A model generated the notes under the pieces. It did no database searches. It was not told the origin of the DNA and saw only the letters and a program-made list of their open reading frames with translations. A program made the position numbers and the translations under genes. From assembly GCA_963833225.1 (NCBI GenBank), contig CAWHXD010000019.1, forward strand, positions 374,075 to 438,074: 64,000 nucleotides of DNA. The letters are read 5' to 3'. Origin of the DNA: an uncultured Chloroflexia bacterium. GTDB taxonomy: Bacteria > Chloroflexota > Limnocylindria > Limnocylindrales > CSP1-4. Each line of letters begins with the position of its first letter. Position 1 is the first letter of the stretch. Of the stretch, positions 1 to 9,518 are shown one piece after another.

Positions 1-1
1 C

Positions 2-217
2 CTGACGGGGGAGAAGACGCCGCTCGACTGCACCGCGTACGGGACCCTGTGCAGCCCCCAGAAGCCGCTGGGCGCGCCGATGGTCAGCTCCGAGGGCACC
101 TGCGCGGCGTTCTTCGGCGCCGGCCGCGGTCTCGGGCCCGGCGGGACGTTCTCGCCCTCGCTGCCGCTCATCTCCGTCGCCCCCGGGGGCGGCATCGCGC
201 CGGAGGGCGCCCGATGA
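2..217 (+). CDS. hypD: Hydrogenase maturation factor HypD, C-terminal fragment; the gene starts upstream of the window
   Basis: Frame-2 translation reads ...TAYGTLCSPQKPLGAPMVSSEGTCAAFF..., matching the conserved HypD C-terminus (PLGAxMVSSEGxCAA). The TGA at 215-217 overlaps the hypE ATG at 214 (ATGA). Confidence 0.6.
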   Translation: MTGEKTPLDCTAYGTLCSPQKPLGAPMVSSEGTCAAFFGAGRGLGPGGTFSPSLPLISVAPGGGIAPEGAR

Positions 218-1293
218 CGACCGAGCCCCAGCCCATCACCACGATCGATGCCGACGGGGTTGCCTGCCCCGCTCCCATCCCGGAGGACCAGCGCGTCATC
301 CTGGGCCACGGCTCCGGCGGCCAGCTGTCGGCCGCCCTGATGCGCGAGGTCCTGGGCCCGGCGCTCGAGGCCGCCTCGCCGGGCGGGGTCCTCAACGACG
401 CCGCCGTGGTCGATGTCGCGGGCACGCGCGTCGCCTTCACCACGGACTCGTTCGTGGTCTCGCCGATCCGGTTTCCCGGCGGGGACATCGGCGAGCTCGC
501 GGTCAACGGCACCATCAACGACCTCGCGATGATGGGCGCGGCGCCCCTGGCCATCAGCCTCGCGTACGTGATCGAGGAAGGACTGCCGCTCGAGGACCTG
601 CGCCTGATCACCGCCTCCGCCGCCGCCGCAGCGGTGAAGGCGGGTGCGCACATCGTCACCGGCGACACCAAGGTCGTCGGCCGCGGCGCGGCGGACCAGC
701 TGTTCGTCAACACCGCGGGCATCGGGCTCGTCCCGGACGGGGTCGCCCCGTCGGCGGACCGGGCGACCCCCGGTGACGCGGTCATCCTGTCGGGCCCCAT
801 CGGGCTCCACGGCGTGGCGATCATGAGCGTCCGCGAGGGCCTCGAGTTCGAGGTCGAGATCGAGTCCGACACCCAGGCCCTCAACGGCCTCGTGGCGGCG
901 ATCACGGCGGTCGAGCCGGGCGTCCATGTCCTGCGCGATCCGACCCGCGGCGGCCTGTCCTCGGCGCTCAACGAGATCGCGACGGCGTCACGGGTCGGGA
1001 TGGTCCTCAACGAGCCGGCCCTGCCGATCCCCGGGCCCGTCCGTGCCGCGTGCGAGTTCCTGGGCCTGGACCCGCTGCACGTGGCCAACGAGGGCAAGCT
1101 GGTGGCCATCGTGCCGGCCGCCTCCGCCGACGCGGTCATCGCGGCGATGCGGGCGATGCCCGAGGGGGCGGAGGCCGCGGTCATCGGCAGCGTGGTGGCG
1201 GATCACCCGGGGATGGTCACCATCCGGACGATCGTGGGCTCGGAGCGGATCGTGGACATGCTGGTGGGGGAGCAACTGCCGCGGATCTGCTGA
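214..1293 (+). CDS. hypE: Hydrogenase maturation factor HypE (AIR-synthase-related)
   Basis: ORF 49..1293. The ATG at 214 is overlapped by the upstream stop. HypE motifs are present (ILGHGSGG, FTTDSFVVSPIRFPGGDIGELAVNGTINDLAMMGA, about 360 aa). Confidence 0.85.
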   Translation: MTTEPQPITTIDADGVACPAPIPEDQRVILGHGSGGQLSAALMREVLGPALEAASPGGVLNDAAVVDVAGTRVAFTTDSFVVSPIRFPGGDIGELAVNGTINDLAMMGAAPLAISLAYVIEEGLPLEDLRLITASAAAAAVKAGAHIVTGDTKVVGRGAADQLFVNTAGIGLVPDGVAPSADRATPGDAVILSGPIGLHGVAIMSVREGLEFEVEIESDTQALNGLVAAITAVEPGVHVLRDPTRGGLSSALNEIATASRVGMVLNEPALPIPGPVRAACEFLGLDPLHVANEGKLVAIVPAASADAVIAAMRAMPEGAEAAVIGSVVADHPGMVTIRTIVGSERIVDMLVGEQLPRIC

Positions 1294-1350
1294 CCCGACG
1301 CCATCCGCCGCCGGTCAGCCCCGTCGGGCGTGTCGGGGTCCTGCCCGGGG

Positions 1351-1746
1351 TCAGCCCTGTCGTGCGCGTCGACGCCGCTCCGCGATGCGGTTCGCGAGCC
1401 GGCTGAGCCCGTACCCGATGGCGATCGGGGCCCCGAACCACAACGTGGCCACGATCCCGGAGAACAGGTCGATGGGCACGGGCCGTCCGGACACGTAGGA
1501 CAGCGCGACGATCAGCACCTGGCCGGCGATCTGCCCCACGCCGACCACGAACAGGCCCGTCCAACCGCGCGTGATGACGCCCGCGAGCACGCCCGAGATC
1601 AGCAGCACCATCGGGGACAGGAACACGATCTGGGGCGCGCATCCCTGGGTCACCCCCTGGCCCACGCAGGATACGTTCGTGCCGCCGAACACCGACATCG
1701 GCACCGCGACGAGGATGATGAGCAACGCGACCCAGTCGCGAACAAC
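1351..1746 (-). CDS. Hypothetical small integral membrane protein; start uncertain
   Basis: The C-terminal 130 aa of ORF 1351..1917 are strongly hydrophobic (LLIILVAVPMSVFGG..., GIVATLWFGAPIAIGYGL). The N-terminal 57 aa are low-complexity and probably untranslated. The gene is convergent with hypE. Confidence 0.35.
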   Translation of the reverse strand, partial: VVRDWVALLIILVAVPMSVFGGTNVSCVGQGVTQGCAPQIVFLSPMVLLISGVLAGVITRGWTGLFVVGVGQIAGQVLIVALSYVSGRPVPIDLFSGIVATLWFGAPIAIGYGLSRLANRIAERRRRARQG

Positions 1747-1915
1747 GCTTTGCGGTTGTTCCTGCAACGCTGTCCTCCGCTGTTCGGTCGATGATGACGG
1801 GTGAGGGCCGGTCCCGCCAGTCCGATCGGCACGCGATCCACGGCCGGTATGCTTGGCTGGTGAACCTGACCTGCCGGCCACCGACGGCGCCCGCTGATCC
1901 GGCCCGAGCCAGGTC

Positions 1916-3187
1916 ATGACGATGGATGCCTGGATCGCCGCGGCGGTGTTCGTCGTTGCCTACGTCCTGATCGCCCTCGAGCGCTGGGACCGGACCCTGG
2001 TCGCGGTCATCGCCGGGCTGCTCGTGGTGATGCTGGGAATCATCGACCAGCACACGGCGTTCGCGGCCATCGACCTCAACGTCATCTTCCTGCTCGCGGG
2101 GATGATGGTGATCGCGTCCGTCCTGGCCCGGACGGGCTTCTTCGACTGGCTCGCGATCCGCTCGGTGCGCCTGTCCGATGGCCGCCCGATCCGCCTGCTG
2201 CTGATCCTCGCCGTCGTGACGGCCGTGCTGTCGGCATTCCTGGACAACGTGACCACGGTCGTGCTGATGACGCCGGTCACGCTCTCGGTCGCGCATCGCC
2301 TGGGCGTCTCGCCCGTGCCCTACCTGATCTCCGGGATCCTGGCCTCGAACATCGGCGGGACCGCGACCCTGATCGGGGATCCGCCCAACATCCTGATCGG
2401 GTCGGCCGCGGGCCTCGGGTTCGACCAGTTCCTGGTCAACCTGGCGCCCGTGACCATCGTCGTCTTCCTGGTCTATGTCGTGATCGCCTGGGGGCTGTTC
2501 CGCGGCCACCTCCAGGTCCCCGACGAGCGGCGGGAGGCGGCCCTCGAGCGGACCGAGGAGAGCACCATCAAGGATCGCGGGCTGCTGGTCCGGGCCCTGA
2601 TCGTGGCCGGGGCAACGATCCTCGGGTTCCTCGTCCACTCCGCGATCGGGGTGGAGCCGGCCACGATCGCGCTGCTCGGGGCCATGGTGCTGATGCTGAT
2701 CGGCGGGCTGGATCCGCACAAGACGCTGCGCGAGGTCGAGTGGTCCACGCTGTTCTTCTTCGTGGGCCTGTTCATCCTCGTCGAGGCCGTGGTCGAGGTG
2801 GGCATCGTGGGCGGGATCGCCGACGCCCTGTCCCAGGCGACCGAGGGACAGCCGCTGGTGGCGACGATCGGGCTGCTGTGGTTCTCCGCGATCGGCTCGG
2901 CGATCATCGACAACATCCCCTACACGGCGACCGCGATCCCCATCGTGGAGCGCCTGGCGCAGGGCGGGATCCCCGCGGAACCCCTGTGGTGGGCGCTGGC
3001 GTTGGGGGCATGCCTCGGGGGCAACCTCACGATCGTCGGGGCCTCGGCCAACGTCGTGGTGGCGAACGTGGCCCAGCGGGCGGGCCACCCGATCGGCTTC
3101 TTCCAGTTCCTGCGCTACGGCTCCGTCGTGGTCCTGGCGTCGCTGGTGGTCTCGACCGGGTATCTCTGGATCCGGTACCTCGCCTGA
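1916..3187 (+). CDS. ArsB/NhaD-superfamily permease (YbiR / P-protein-like anion transporter)
   Basis: 423-aa polytopic membrane protein with the family motifs SAFLDNVTTVVLMTPV and GGTATLIGDPPNILIGSAAGL. Confidence 0.8.
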   Translation: MTMDAWIAAAVFVVAYVLIALERWDRTLVAVIAGLLVVMLGIIDQHTAFAAIDLNVIFLLAGMMVIASVLARTGFFDWLAIRSVRLSDGRPIRLLLILAVVTAVLSAFLDNVTTVVLMTPVTLSVAHRLGVSPVPYLISGILASNIGGTATLIGDPPNILIGSAAGLGFDQFLVNLAPVTIVVFLVYVVIAWGLFRGHLQVPDERREAALERTEESTIKDRGLLVRALIVAGATILGFLVHSAIGVEPATIALLGAMVLMLIGGLDPHKTLREVEWSTLFFFVGLFILVEAVVEVGIVGGIADALSQATEGQPLVATIGLLWFSAIGSAIIDNIPYTATAIPIVERLAQGGIPAEPLWWALALGACLGGNLTIVGASANVVVANVAQRAGHPIGFFQFLRYGSVVVLASLVVSTGYLWIRYLA

Positions 3188-3202
3188 CCCGGCTGGCCCG
3201 GC

Positions 3203-4486
3203 TCAGCCCAGGTAGCGCACCCAGAGGTAGACCGTCGAGATCGCCATCGAGGCGCCGACGACGAGCACCCCGTACTTGAGGAACTCCACGAAGTGGATCG
3301 GGTGCTCCTCGCGGGCGGCGAGATTGGCGACCACGATGTTCGCCGACGCCCCGATGATCGTGAGGTTGCCGCCCAGGCAGGCACCAAGGGCGAGGCTCCA
3401 CCACATGGCCCCGGCGGGCAGGCCGTCCACGATGAGGCGCTGGACGATCGGGATCGCGGTGGCCGTGTAGGGGATGTTGTCGACGATTGCCGAGGCACCC
3501 GCCGAGAACCACAGGATCGCGAGCGACGCGACGGCAGGTCGACCATTCGCCGCCTGGGCGATCTCCTGCGCGATGGCGCCCACGATGCCGACCTTGACGA
3601 TGCCCTGGACCAGGATGAACAGGCCAAAGAAGAAGAACAGGGTTGGCCATTCGATCTCGCGCAGCGTGTCGCGGACCTCGAGCCGTCCGACGAGCATCAG
3701 CGCCGTCGCGCCCGCGAGGGCGATCGTCGCCACCTCGAGGCCGATCAGGCCGTGGACCAGGAAGCCGGCGAGCGTGATCGCGAGAACGACCAGCGAGCGG
3801 GCGAGCAGCGGGCGGTCGTGGATGGCGTCGACCGGGTCCTCGGGCATGAGCTCGAAGAAGCGCTCGGCCGGTGGCCTGAGCTGGCGTCCGAAGAACACCC
3901 ACAGGAGCCCGATGAGCGCCACCAGGATCACGAGGATGACCGGTCCCAGGTTCACCAGGAACGCGCTGAAGCTCAGGCCGGCTGCCGACCCGATCAGGAT
4001 GTTGGGCGGGTCCCCGATGAGCGTGGCGGTGCCGCCGATGTTCGACGCGAACACCTGCGCGACGAGGAATGGCACGGGGTTGGCGCCCAGGGTGCGGGCG
4101 ACCGAGATGGCGACCGGCGCCAGCAGGACCACCGTGGTCACGTTGTCCAGGAACGCCGACAGGACGGCCGTGATCAGGGCGAGGACCACCAGCAGCCAGA
4201 ACGGCTGATGACCGCCATGGCGCACCGCGAACAGCGCGATCGCCTCGAACAGGCCGGTCCGCGCCACCGTCTGGGCGAGCACCATCATCCCCGCGAGCAG
4301 GAAGATGACGTTGAAGTCGATGGCCGCGAACGCCTCGGCCTGGTCGAGGATGCCCAGGATCACCATCAACAGGCCGCCCGCGAGGGCGACCAGGGTGCGA
4401 TCGACCTTCTCGATCGCGATCAGGGCATAGGCGACCACGAAGATGCCGCCCGCGACCAGGACGTCGGCGCTCAGGCCGTTGCTCAA
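3203..4486 (-). CDS. ArsB/NhaD-superfamily permease, paralog of 1916..3187
   Basis: 427 aa, collinear at high identity with the plus-strand neighbour (same DNVTTVVL and GGTATLIGDPPNILIGSAAGL blocks). The two genes lie tail to tail with 15 bp between their stops. Confidence 0.8.
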   Translation of the reverse strand: MSNGLSADVLVAGGIFVVAYALIAIEKVDRTLVALAGGLLMVILGILDQAEAFAAIDFNVIFLLAGMMVLAQTVARTGLFEAIALFAVRHGGHQPFWLLVVLALITAVLSAFLDNVTTVVLLAPVAISVARTLGANPVPFLVAQVFASNIGGTATLIGDPPNILIGSAAGLSFSAFLVNLGPVILVILVALIGLLWVFFGRQLRPPAERFFELMPEDPVDAIHDRPLLARSLVVLAITLAGFLVHGLIGLEVATIALAGATALMLVGRLEVRDTLREIEWPTLFFFFGLFILVQGIVKVGIVGAIAQEIAQAANGRPAVASLAILWFSAGASAIVDNIPYTATAIPIVQRLIVDGLPAGAMWWSLALGACLGGNLTIIGASANIVVANLAAREEHPIHFVEFLKYGVLVVGASMAISTVYLWVRYLG

Positions 4487-4540
4487 GTGGGGTCCTCCAT
4501 GCCAGCCGATATCCGCGGCGGGGGCATCGCCTGAAGCGGC

Positions 4541-4569
4541 GGAGCCCCTTCGGTCATCGAAGGGGCTCC
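4541..4569 (-). terminator. Perfect 12-bp stem / 5-nt loop hairpin downstream of the NCS1 transporter gene; candidate intrinsic terminator
   Basis: GGAGCCCCTTCG-gtcat-CGAAGGGGCTCC. A second hairpin, GGGCCGGC-gtg-GCCGGCCC, lies at 4593..4611. Both fall between the NCS1 stop (4623) and the next gene's start (4486). Confidence 0.45.
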
Positions 4570-4622
4570 GAGCTGCCGCGCAAAGGGATCGTGGGCCGGC
4601 GTGGCCGGCCCACGGTTACAGC

Positions 4623-6173
4623 CTAATCCTCGCTGGTGGCCTCCTTGCTGCCGACAACCATCGTGAGCACTCCGTAGAGCACGAAGGCGACGACCAGGCC
4701 GGTGAGCCAGCTGAAGTCATAGAAGCTCTTGAGGAACGGGATGATCCCGTTCTCGGGGAACGGTGCGCCACCGGCGGAGTACGCCCCGCCGACCGCCATC
4801 ACGACGCCCACGAGGAGCGACACGACGGCAATCCAGTTCCAGCCGCTGGCGTAGCGGTACTTGCCGGTGCTGCGGTACAGGTCGGCAAGCTTGAGCTGGC
4901 GGCGGCGGACCCACCAGTAGTCGGCGATGAGCACGCCGGCAATGGGTCCGGTCGCGCCGCCGTAGGTGCCCAGCCAGGTGAAGATGTAGCTCTGGGAGTC
5001 AGCGAGCAGGTTCCAGGGCATGATCAGGACACCGATGATGCCCGTGATGATGCCGCCGGTCCGGAAGCTGATTCTCCTCGGCCAGAGGTTCGAGAAGTCG
5101 TAGGACGGGCTCACGACATTGGCGGCCACGTTGGTGGTCAGCGTGGCGAGCGCGAGCGCGAGGAGCATGACCACCAGCATGATCGGGTTGTCCATCTTGG
5201 CGGTGAGGGCAACCGGGTCCCAGATGGTCTCGCCGTAGACGAGGAACGTCGCGGACGTCGTGAGGACGCCGACGAGCGGGAACAGGGTCATAGTGACCGG
5301 CAGGCCGACCGCCTGTCCGATCATCTGCTCGCGCTGGCTCCGACCGAACCGGGTGAAGTCCGGCATGTTGAGCGAAAGCGTGGACCAGAACGCGATGTTG
5401 CCCATCAGGGCGAGCGGGACGATGGCCCAGAAGTCAGAGCCCCAGCCCAGGGTCCCCGGGTTGTCCATGACCGGGCCGAGGCCGCCGGCCTGGACGACCA
5501 TGACCACTGCCAGGCCCAGGAACACCACGATCAGGAACGGGGCGGCATAGCTCTCGAAGCGCTTGATCGCCTCCATGCCCCACAGGATGATGATGATGTT
5601 GAGCACCCAGAAGATCGCGAAGCTCAGCCACAGCGTCCACGGATGGGCTGCGCCGATGAGGATCGAGAAGCCGCCGGCGGTGGTCCACCAGGAGTCCTGT
5701 CCCAGCAGCGCGCCGACCACGGCGAACACCGCGGTCCCGCCGATCCACGTCTGGATGCCAAACCAGCCGCAGGCGACGAAGGCGCGCATCAGGGCCGGCA
5801 GGTTGGCTCCGAACACGCCGAACGCCGCCCGTGCGAACACGGGATACGGGATGCCGTACTTCGTGCCCGCGTGGCTGATGAGCAGCATCGGGACCAGGAC
5901 GATGATGTTGGCGGCCATGATGATCAGGATCGCCTGATACCACGCCATGCCCTGGTCGATCAGGCTCGAGGCCAGGAGCCACGTTGGGACGTTGATCGAC
6001 ATCCCGACCCACAGGGCCAGGTAGTTGTACGTCGACCATGTCCGCTTGCCGATCGGGACCGGGGCCAGGTCGTCGTTGTGGAGCCCGGACGTTCCGAGGC
6101 TCGCGTCGACGGCCGGGTCGAGCTCGACGCGACCGTCGGGCTGGACCACCTGCTCCATGGATGTGAGTGCCAT
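4623..6173 (-). CDS. NCS1-family nucleobase:cation symporter (cytosine/purine/uracil/allantoin/thiamine permease family)
   Basis: 516 aa and 12 TM segments. The N-terminal signature WSTYNYLALWVGMSINVPTWLLASSLI...GTKYGIPYPVFARAAFG is present. The ATG at 6173 follows GGAGGA at spacing 6. Confidence 0.85.
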   Translation of the reverse strand: MALTSMEQVVQPDGRVELDPAVDASLGTSGLHNDDLAPVPIGKRTWSTYNYLALWVGMSINVPTWLLASSLIDQGMAWYQAILIIMAANIIVLVPMLLISHAGTKYGIPYPVFARAAFGVFGANLPALMRAFVACGWFGIQTWIGGTAVFAVVGALLGQDSWWTTAGGFSILIGAAHPWTLWLSFAIFWVLNIIIILWGMEAIKRFESYAAPFLIVVFLGLAVVMVVQAGGLGPVMDNPGTLGWGSDFWAIVPLALMGNIAFWSTLSLNMPDFTRFGRSQREQMIGQAVGLPVTMTLFPLVGVLTTSATFLVYGETIWDPVALTAKMDNPIMLVVMLLALALATLTTNVAANVVSPSYDFSNLWPRRISFRTGGIITGIIGVLIMPWNLLADSQSYIFTWLGTYGGATGPIAGVLIADYWWVRRRQLKLADLYRSTGKYRYASGWNWIAVVSLLVGVVMAVGGAYSAGGAPFPENGIIPFLKSFYDFSWLTGLVVAFVLYGVLTMVVGSKEATSED

Positions 6174-6644
6174 AGAGATCCTCCACTCCCGGGGCCCGAC
6201 GCGGGCCCCTCCTCCTGCTTACGCGGCGCCCTCCGCTCCGTCACCCCGGGCGCATCCCTCCAGAACGCCGCGATGGGTCGCCCACTCCGGGGCCGGTTCC
6301 ACGAAATGGGGTCGTTGGGTCACGGGGACGGGACCCCGGTCAGCGCGAGTGTCCGTGCATTGCTGCCGGTGCGGGTGCACCATCCGGGCTCAGGCCTCCT
6401 GGAGCGACATGCGTCGCATGGTTGGCCAATTGGAGCATCGGAGACTGCAGGCCCCGAGGGCCCTAGGTCCCAAAATCCTGCCCCGTTCGGTCCTCGCCTC
6501 GGCTGGTTGCCACGGGCCTGGCCTCGCCCCCGGCGCCATCCTCGGCATATCCGCCATGGTAATCACCTGCGGAAGCCCTCGGGCGACGCACTCGCGCTAG
6601 GCTGGTAGCCCATCCAGGCGTCCCCCCTCGGAGGCCGAATTGAC

Positions 6645-7628
6645 ATGGAGTACCGCAGGCTCGGCAAGACAGGACGAGACGTCAGCGTGATCGGGTTTGG
6701 CGCCTGGGCGATCGGCGCCGACTGGGGCGCGGTGGACGACGCCGACAGCCTGCGTGCGCTCCACGCGGCCGCCGACGCCGGGGTGACGCTGATCGACACC
6801 GCCGACGTCTACGGCGACGGTCACAGCGAGCAGGTCATCCGCCGGTTCCTTGCAGAACGGCCGGGCGAGACGTTCTTCATCGCGACCAAGATGGGCCGGC
6901 GCGTGCCGCTGGAGCTCGCCAGCTACACGCCGGAGGCGTTCCGAGCATGGACGGACCGGAGTCGCGAGAACCTCGGCATGGAGACGCTGGACCTGGTCCA
7001 GCTCCACTGCCTGCACCCGTCCATCTACTACAGCCCCGAGCACTTCGCGGCGCTCGATGAGCTGGTGGCCGCGGGTGCGATCCGCAACTACGGCGTGAGC
7101 GTCGAGAAGGTCGAGGAGGCCCTCAAGGCGATCGAGTTCCCGGGCGTGGCGACGGTCCAGATCATCTTCAACATGTTCCGCCAGCGGCCGGCGGAGCGGT
7201 TCCTTGCCGAGGCCGCGCGCCGCGACGTCGGGGTGCTCGCCCGGGTTCCGCTGGCGTCGGGGATGCTGACCGGCAAGCTGACCGCCGCGACCACGTTCGA
7301 GCCGACCGACCACCGGCAGTTCAACCGGCACGGCGAGTCGTTCGACGTGGGCGAGACGTTCGCCGGCGTCGACTACGAGACCGGCCTCGAGGTGGTCGAG
7401 GCGCTCAAGTCGCTGGTGCCCGAGGGGGCGACGCTGGCGCAGCTGGCGCTGCGCTGGATCCTGATGCACGACGGGATCACGGCCACGATCCCGGGCGCCA
7501 AGACCCCCGGGCAGGCGGCTGCCAACGCCGCCGCCGCGGACCTGCCGCCGCTGCCCCCCGCCGTGATGGCGCGGGTCGCGGAGCTCTACGAGGCGCGGAT
7601 CAAGCCCCTCGTCCACCAGCGCTGGTAG
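6645..7628 (+). CDS. Aldo/keto reductase family oxidoreductase
   Basis: 327 aa with MEYRRLGKTG...VIGFGAWAIG...LIDTADVYGDGHSEQ, the canonical AKR N-terminus, and an IPGAKT C-terminal motif. Confidence 0.85.
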   Translation: MEYRRLGKTGRDVSVIGFGAWAIGADWGAVDDADSLRALHAAADAGVTLIDTADVYGDGHSEQVIRRFLAERPGETFFIATKMGRRVPLELASYTPEAFRAWTDRSRENLGMETLDLVQLHCLHPSIYYSPEHFAALDELVAAGAIRNYGVSVEKVEEALKAIEFPGVATVQIIFNMFRQRPAERFLAEAARRDVGVLARVPLASGMLTGKLTAATTFEPTDHRQFNRHGESFDVGETFAGVDYETGLEVVEALKSLVPEGATLAQLALRWILMHDGITATIPGAKTPGQAAANAAAADLPPLPPAVMARVAELYEARIKPLVHQRW

Positions 7629-7640
7629 CCGGAGATCGAC

Positions 7641-8876
7641 ATGGCCGTGACCGCCACCTTCCGGGTCCCGGGTGCGATCCTCACGGAGCGCGAGCACCGG
7701 GTTCCCCTGGACCACACTCGTCCCGACGGACGGTCCATCACCGTCTTCACCCGCGAGGTCGCCGACCCGGACGGGACCGACCGCCCGTACCTGGTGTTCC
7801 TCCAGGGCGGACCGGGCTTTGAGGCGGCGCGTCCCACCAGCCCGCCGTCAGGCTGGCTCAAGCGGGCCCTGGCGGAGTACCGCGTGCTCCTCCTCGACCA
7901 GCGCGGGACCGGGCGATCGACGCCGGTCGGCGAGCGCATCCCGGGCGAGACGGCGGAGGACCAGGCCGCCTACCTGGCCCTGTTCCGGGCCGATGCCATC
8001 GTGCGGGACTGCGAGTGGATCCGGCGCGAGCTCGACGTCGAACGCTGGACGACCCTTGGCCAGAGCTTCGGCGGGTTCACCTCGCTGACGTACCTCTCGT
8101 TCGCGCCCGAGGGACTCGCCGCGGCCCTGATCACCGGTGGCCTGTCGCCGATCGGGCGCCCGATCGATGATGTCTATGGGGCGACCTGGGCGCGTGTCCT
8201 GGAGGCCAACCGCCGGTACTTCGAGCGGTACCCCGATGACCGGGATCGGTTGAAGGACGTCAACGCGCGCCTCGACGGCGACGACGTGCGCCTGCCCTCT
8301 GGCGACCGGCTGACCGGCCGGCGTTTCCGCCAGATGGGCATGTGGCTCGGCGCCTCCGACGGGTTCGAGCGCCTGCACCATGTCCTCGAGCTGCCGTTCG
8401 GCTCACCGGCGTTCCTGCACGATGTCGACAACGCCGTTGGCTGGGTGCGCAACCCGATGTACGCGACGCTCCACGAATCCTCGTACGCGGACGGGGTGCC
8501 CACCCGCTGGTCCGCGCATCGCCTGGCGCCCGACGAGGCGCTTGCCGGCGAGGTGTTCACGGCCGAGCAGGTGTTCCCGTGGATGTGGGAGGAGTACGGC
8601 GGCCTGCGGCTCCACGCCGCCGCCGCCCAGCTCCTCGCGGAGCACCCGTGGCCTCGTCTGTACGACGCGGCAGCGCTGGCGAGCAACGAGGTCCCCGTCG
8701 CGGCGACGATCTACGTGGACGACATCTACGTGGAGCGCGCGTTCGCCGAGGAGACGGCGGCGCGGGTCCGCGGCCTGCGGCCGTGGATCACCAACGAGTA
8801 CGCCCACAACGGCCTGCGTGCGGACGGTGAGCGGGTCGTGGGTCGCCTGATCGACATGGTGAAGGGCCGCGCCTGA
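7641..8876 (+). CDS. Alpha/beta-hydrolase, proline iminopeptidase (S33) family
   Basis: 411 aa with LVFLQGGPGFE...LLLDQRGTGRSTP and a GQSFGG nucleophile elbow. GGAG sits 6 nt upstream of the ATG. Confidence 0.8.
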   Translation: MAVTATFRVPGAILTEREHRVPLDHTRPDGRSITVFTREVADPDGTDRPYLVFLQGGPGFEAARPTSPPSGWLKRALAEYRVLLLDQRGTGRSTPVGERIPGETAEDQAAYLALFRADAIVRDCEWIRRELDVERWTTLGQSFGGFTSLTYLSFAPEGLAAALITGGLSPIGRPIDDVYGATWARVLEANRRYFERYPDDRDRLKDVNARLDGDDVRLPSGDRLTGRRFRQMGMWLGASDGFERLHHVLELPFGSPAFLHDVDNAVGWVRNPMYATLHESSYADGVPTRWSAHRLAPDEALAGEVFTAEQVFPWMWEEYGGLRLHAAAAQLLAEHPWPRLYDAAALASNEVPVAATIYVDDIYVERAFAEETAARVRGLRPWITNEYAHNGLRADGERVVGRLIDMVKGRA

Positions 8877-8903
8877 CGGAAGGCCCGCGCCGCGGGGGCC
8901 GGA

Positions 8904-9518
8904 TCAGCCGCCGACCGGCGGGGCGCTCTGCTGCCGCTCGAAGAGGTAGACGAACTCCGGTCCGTTGTGGCAGATCCAGCAGTTGTCGCCGCGGTTGGCC
9001 ATCGACGCCGGCAGCGGCGCATGGTCGTCGACGCCATGACACGCCGAGCACGGTTGGGTGCCGCCCATGTGCTCCGGCCGCAGCTCGGGGACCGCGCTGG
9101 CCCCGGCCTCCAGCCGTGTCTGGTGGCAGATCAGACAGTCCTCCTTGTGGAGGCTGCTGTGGCCCTCGGCGGTCTTGACCAGGCTGGCCTCGGAGTGGCA
9201 CGCGGTGCAGTCGCGCCAGCCGGCCAGCGGATGACCCATCACCGGGATCGGCTTGGTCCCGACGCCGCCGCTGGCGGTGAGATGGCAGCCGTTGCAGTTG
9301 GCGTCCGGCGGCATCTCGATCCCCACCGGCGACAGGGCCATGGCAGACTTCGGGGTGGGGGTGGGCGCCGGCGTGGCCCGCGGTGTCGGCGCCTCGGCGA
9401 TCTCGCCCGCGACATCCGGCACGGCGACCAGGACGAGGAACGCGCCAACCACCAGGATCCCGAGCGTCAGCAGCAGGACCACGATGCGGAAGCCGTACAT
9501 CGAGACCGCGCGGATCAC
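8904..9518 (-). CDS. Membrane-anchored pentahaem c-type cytochrome (NrfB/ActA-like)
   Basis: 204 aa. It has an N-terminal TM helix followed by five CxxCH motifs (CNGCH, CTACH, CLICH, CSACH, CWICH). The GTG start at 9518 overlaps the stop of the upstream NrfD-like gene (GTGA). Confidence 0.8.
   Translation of the reverse strand: MIRAVSMYGFRIVVLLLTLGILVVGAFLVLVAVPDVAGEIAEAPTPRATPAPTPTPKSAMALSPVGIEMPPDANCNGCHLTASGGVGTKPIPVMGHPLAGWRDCTACHSEASLVKTAEGHSSLHKEDCLICHQTRLEAGASAVPELRPEHMGGTQPCSACHGVDDHAPLPASMANRGDNCWICHNGPEFVYLFERQQSAPPVGG

Noticed and set aside
1-1293. Structural [NiFe]-hydrogenase genes next to hypDE
   Set aside because: Only the maturation genes hypD (3' end) and hypE are in the window. 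The next gene is a convergent membrane protein, so no hydrogenase structural operon can be claimed here.
1217-3088. 623-aa minus-strand ORF covering the hypE end and the first ArsB-like gene
   Set aside because: Arg/Asp/His/Pro-rich with no hydrophobic core or motifs. It runs antisense to a well-supported membrane protein, which is typical of out-of-frame read-through in 70% GC DNA.
4443-6608. 721-aa plus-strand ORF antisense to the NCS1 transporter
   Set aside because: Low-complexity Arg/Gly/Asp/His composition. The NCS1 reading on the other strand is far more convincing.
6174-6644. TPP riboswitch upstream of the NCS1 transporter
   Set aside because: No convincing CUGAGA / ACCUGAUCUGGAUAAUGCCAGCG core on either strand. 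It is downgraded to a generic candidate leader in the findings.
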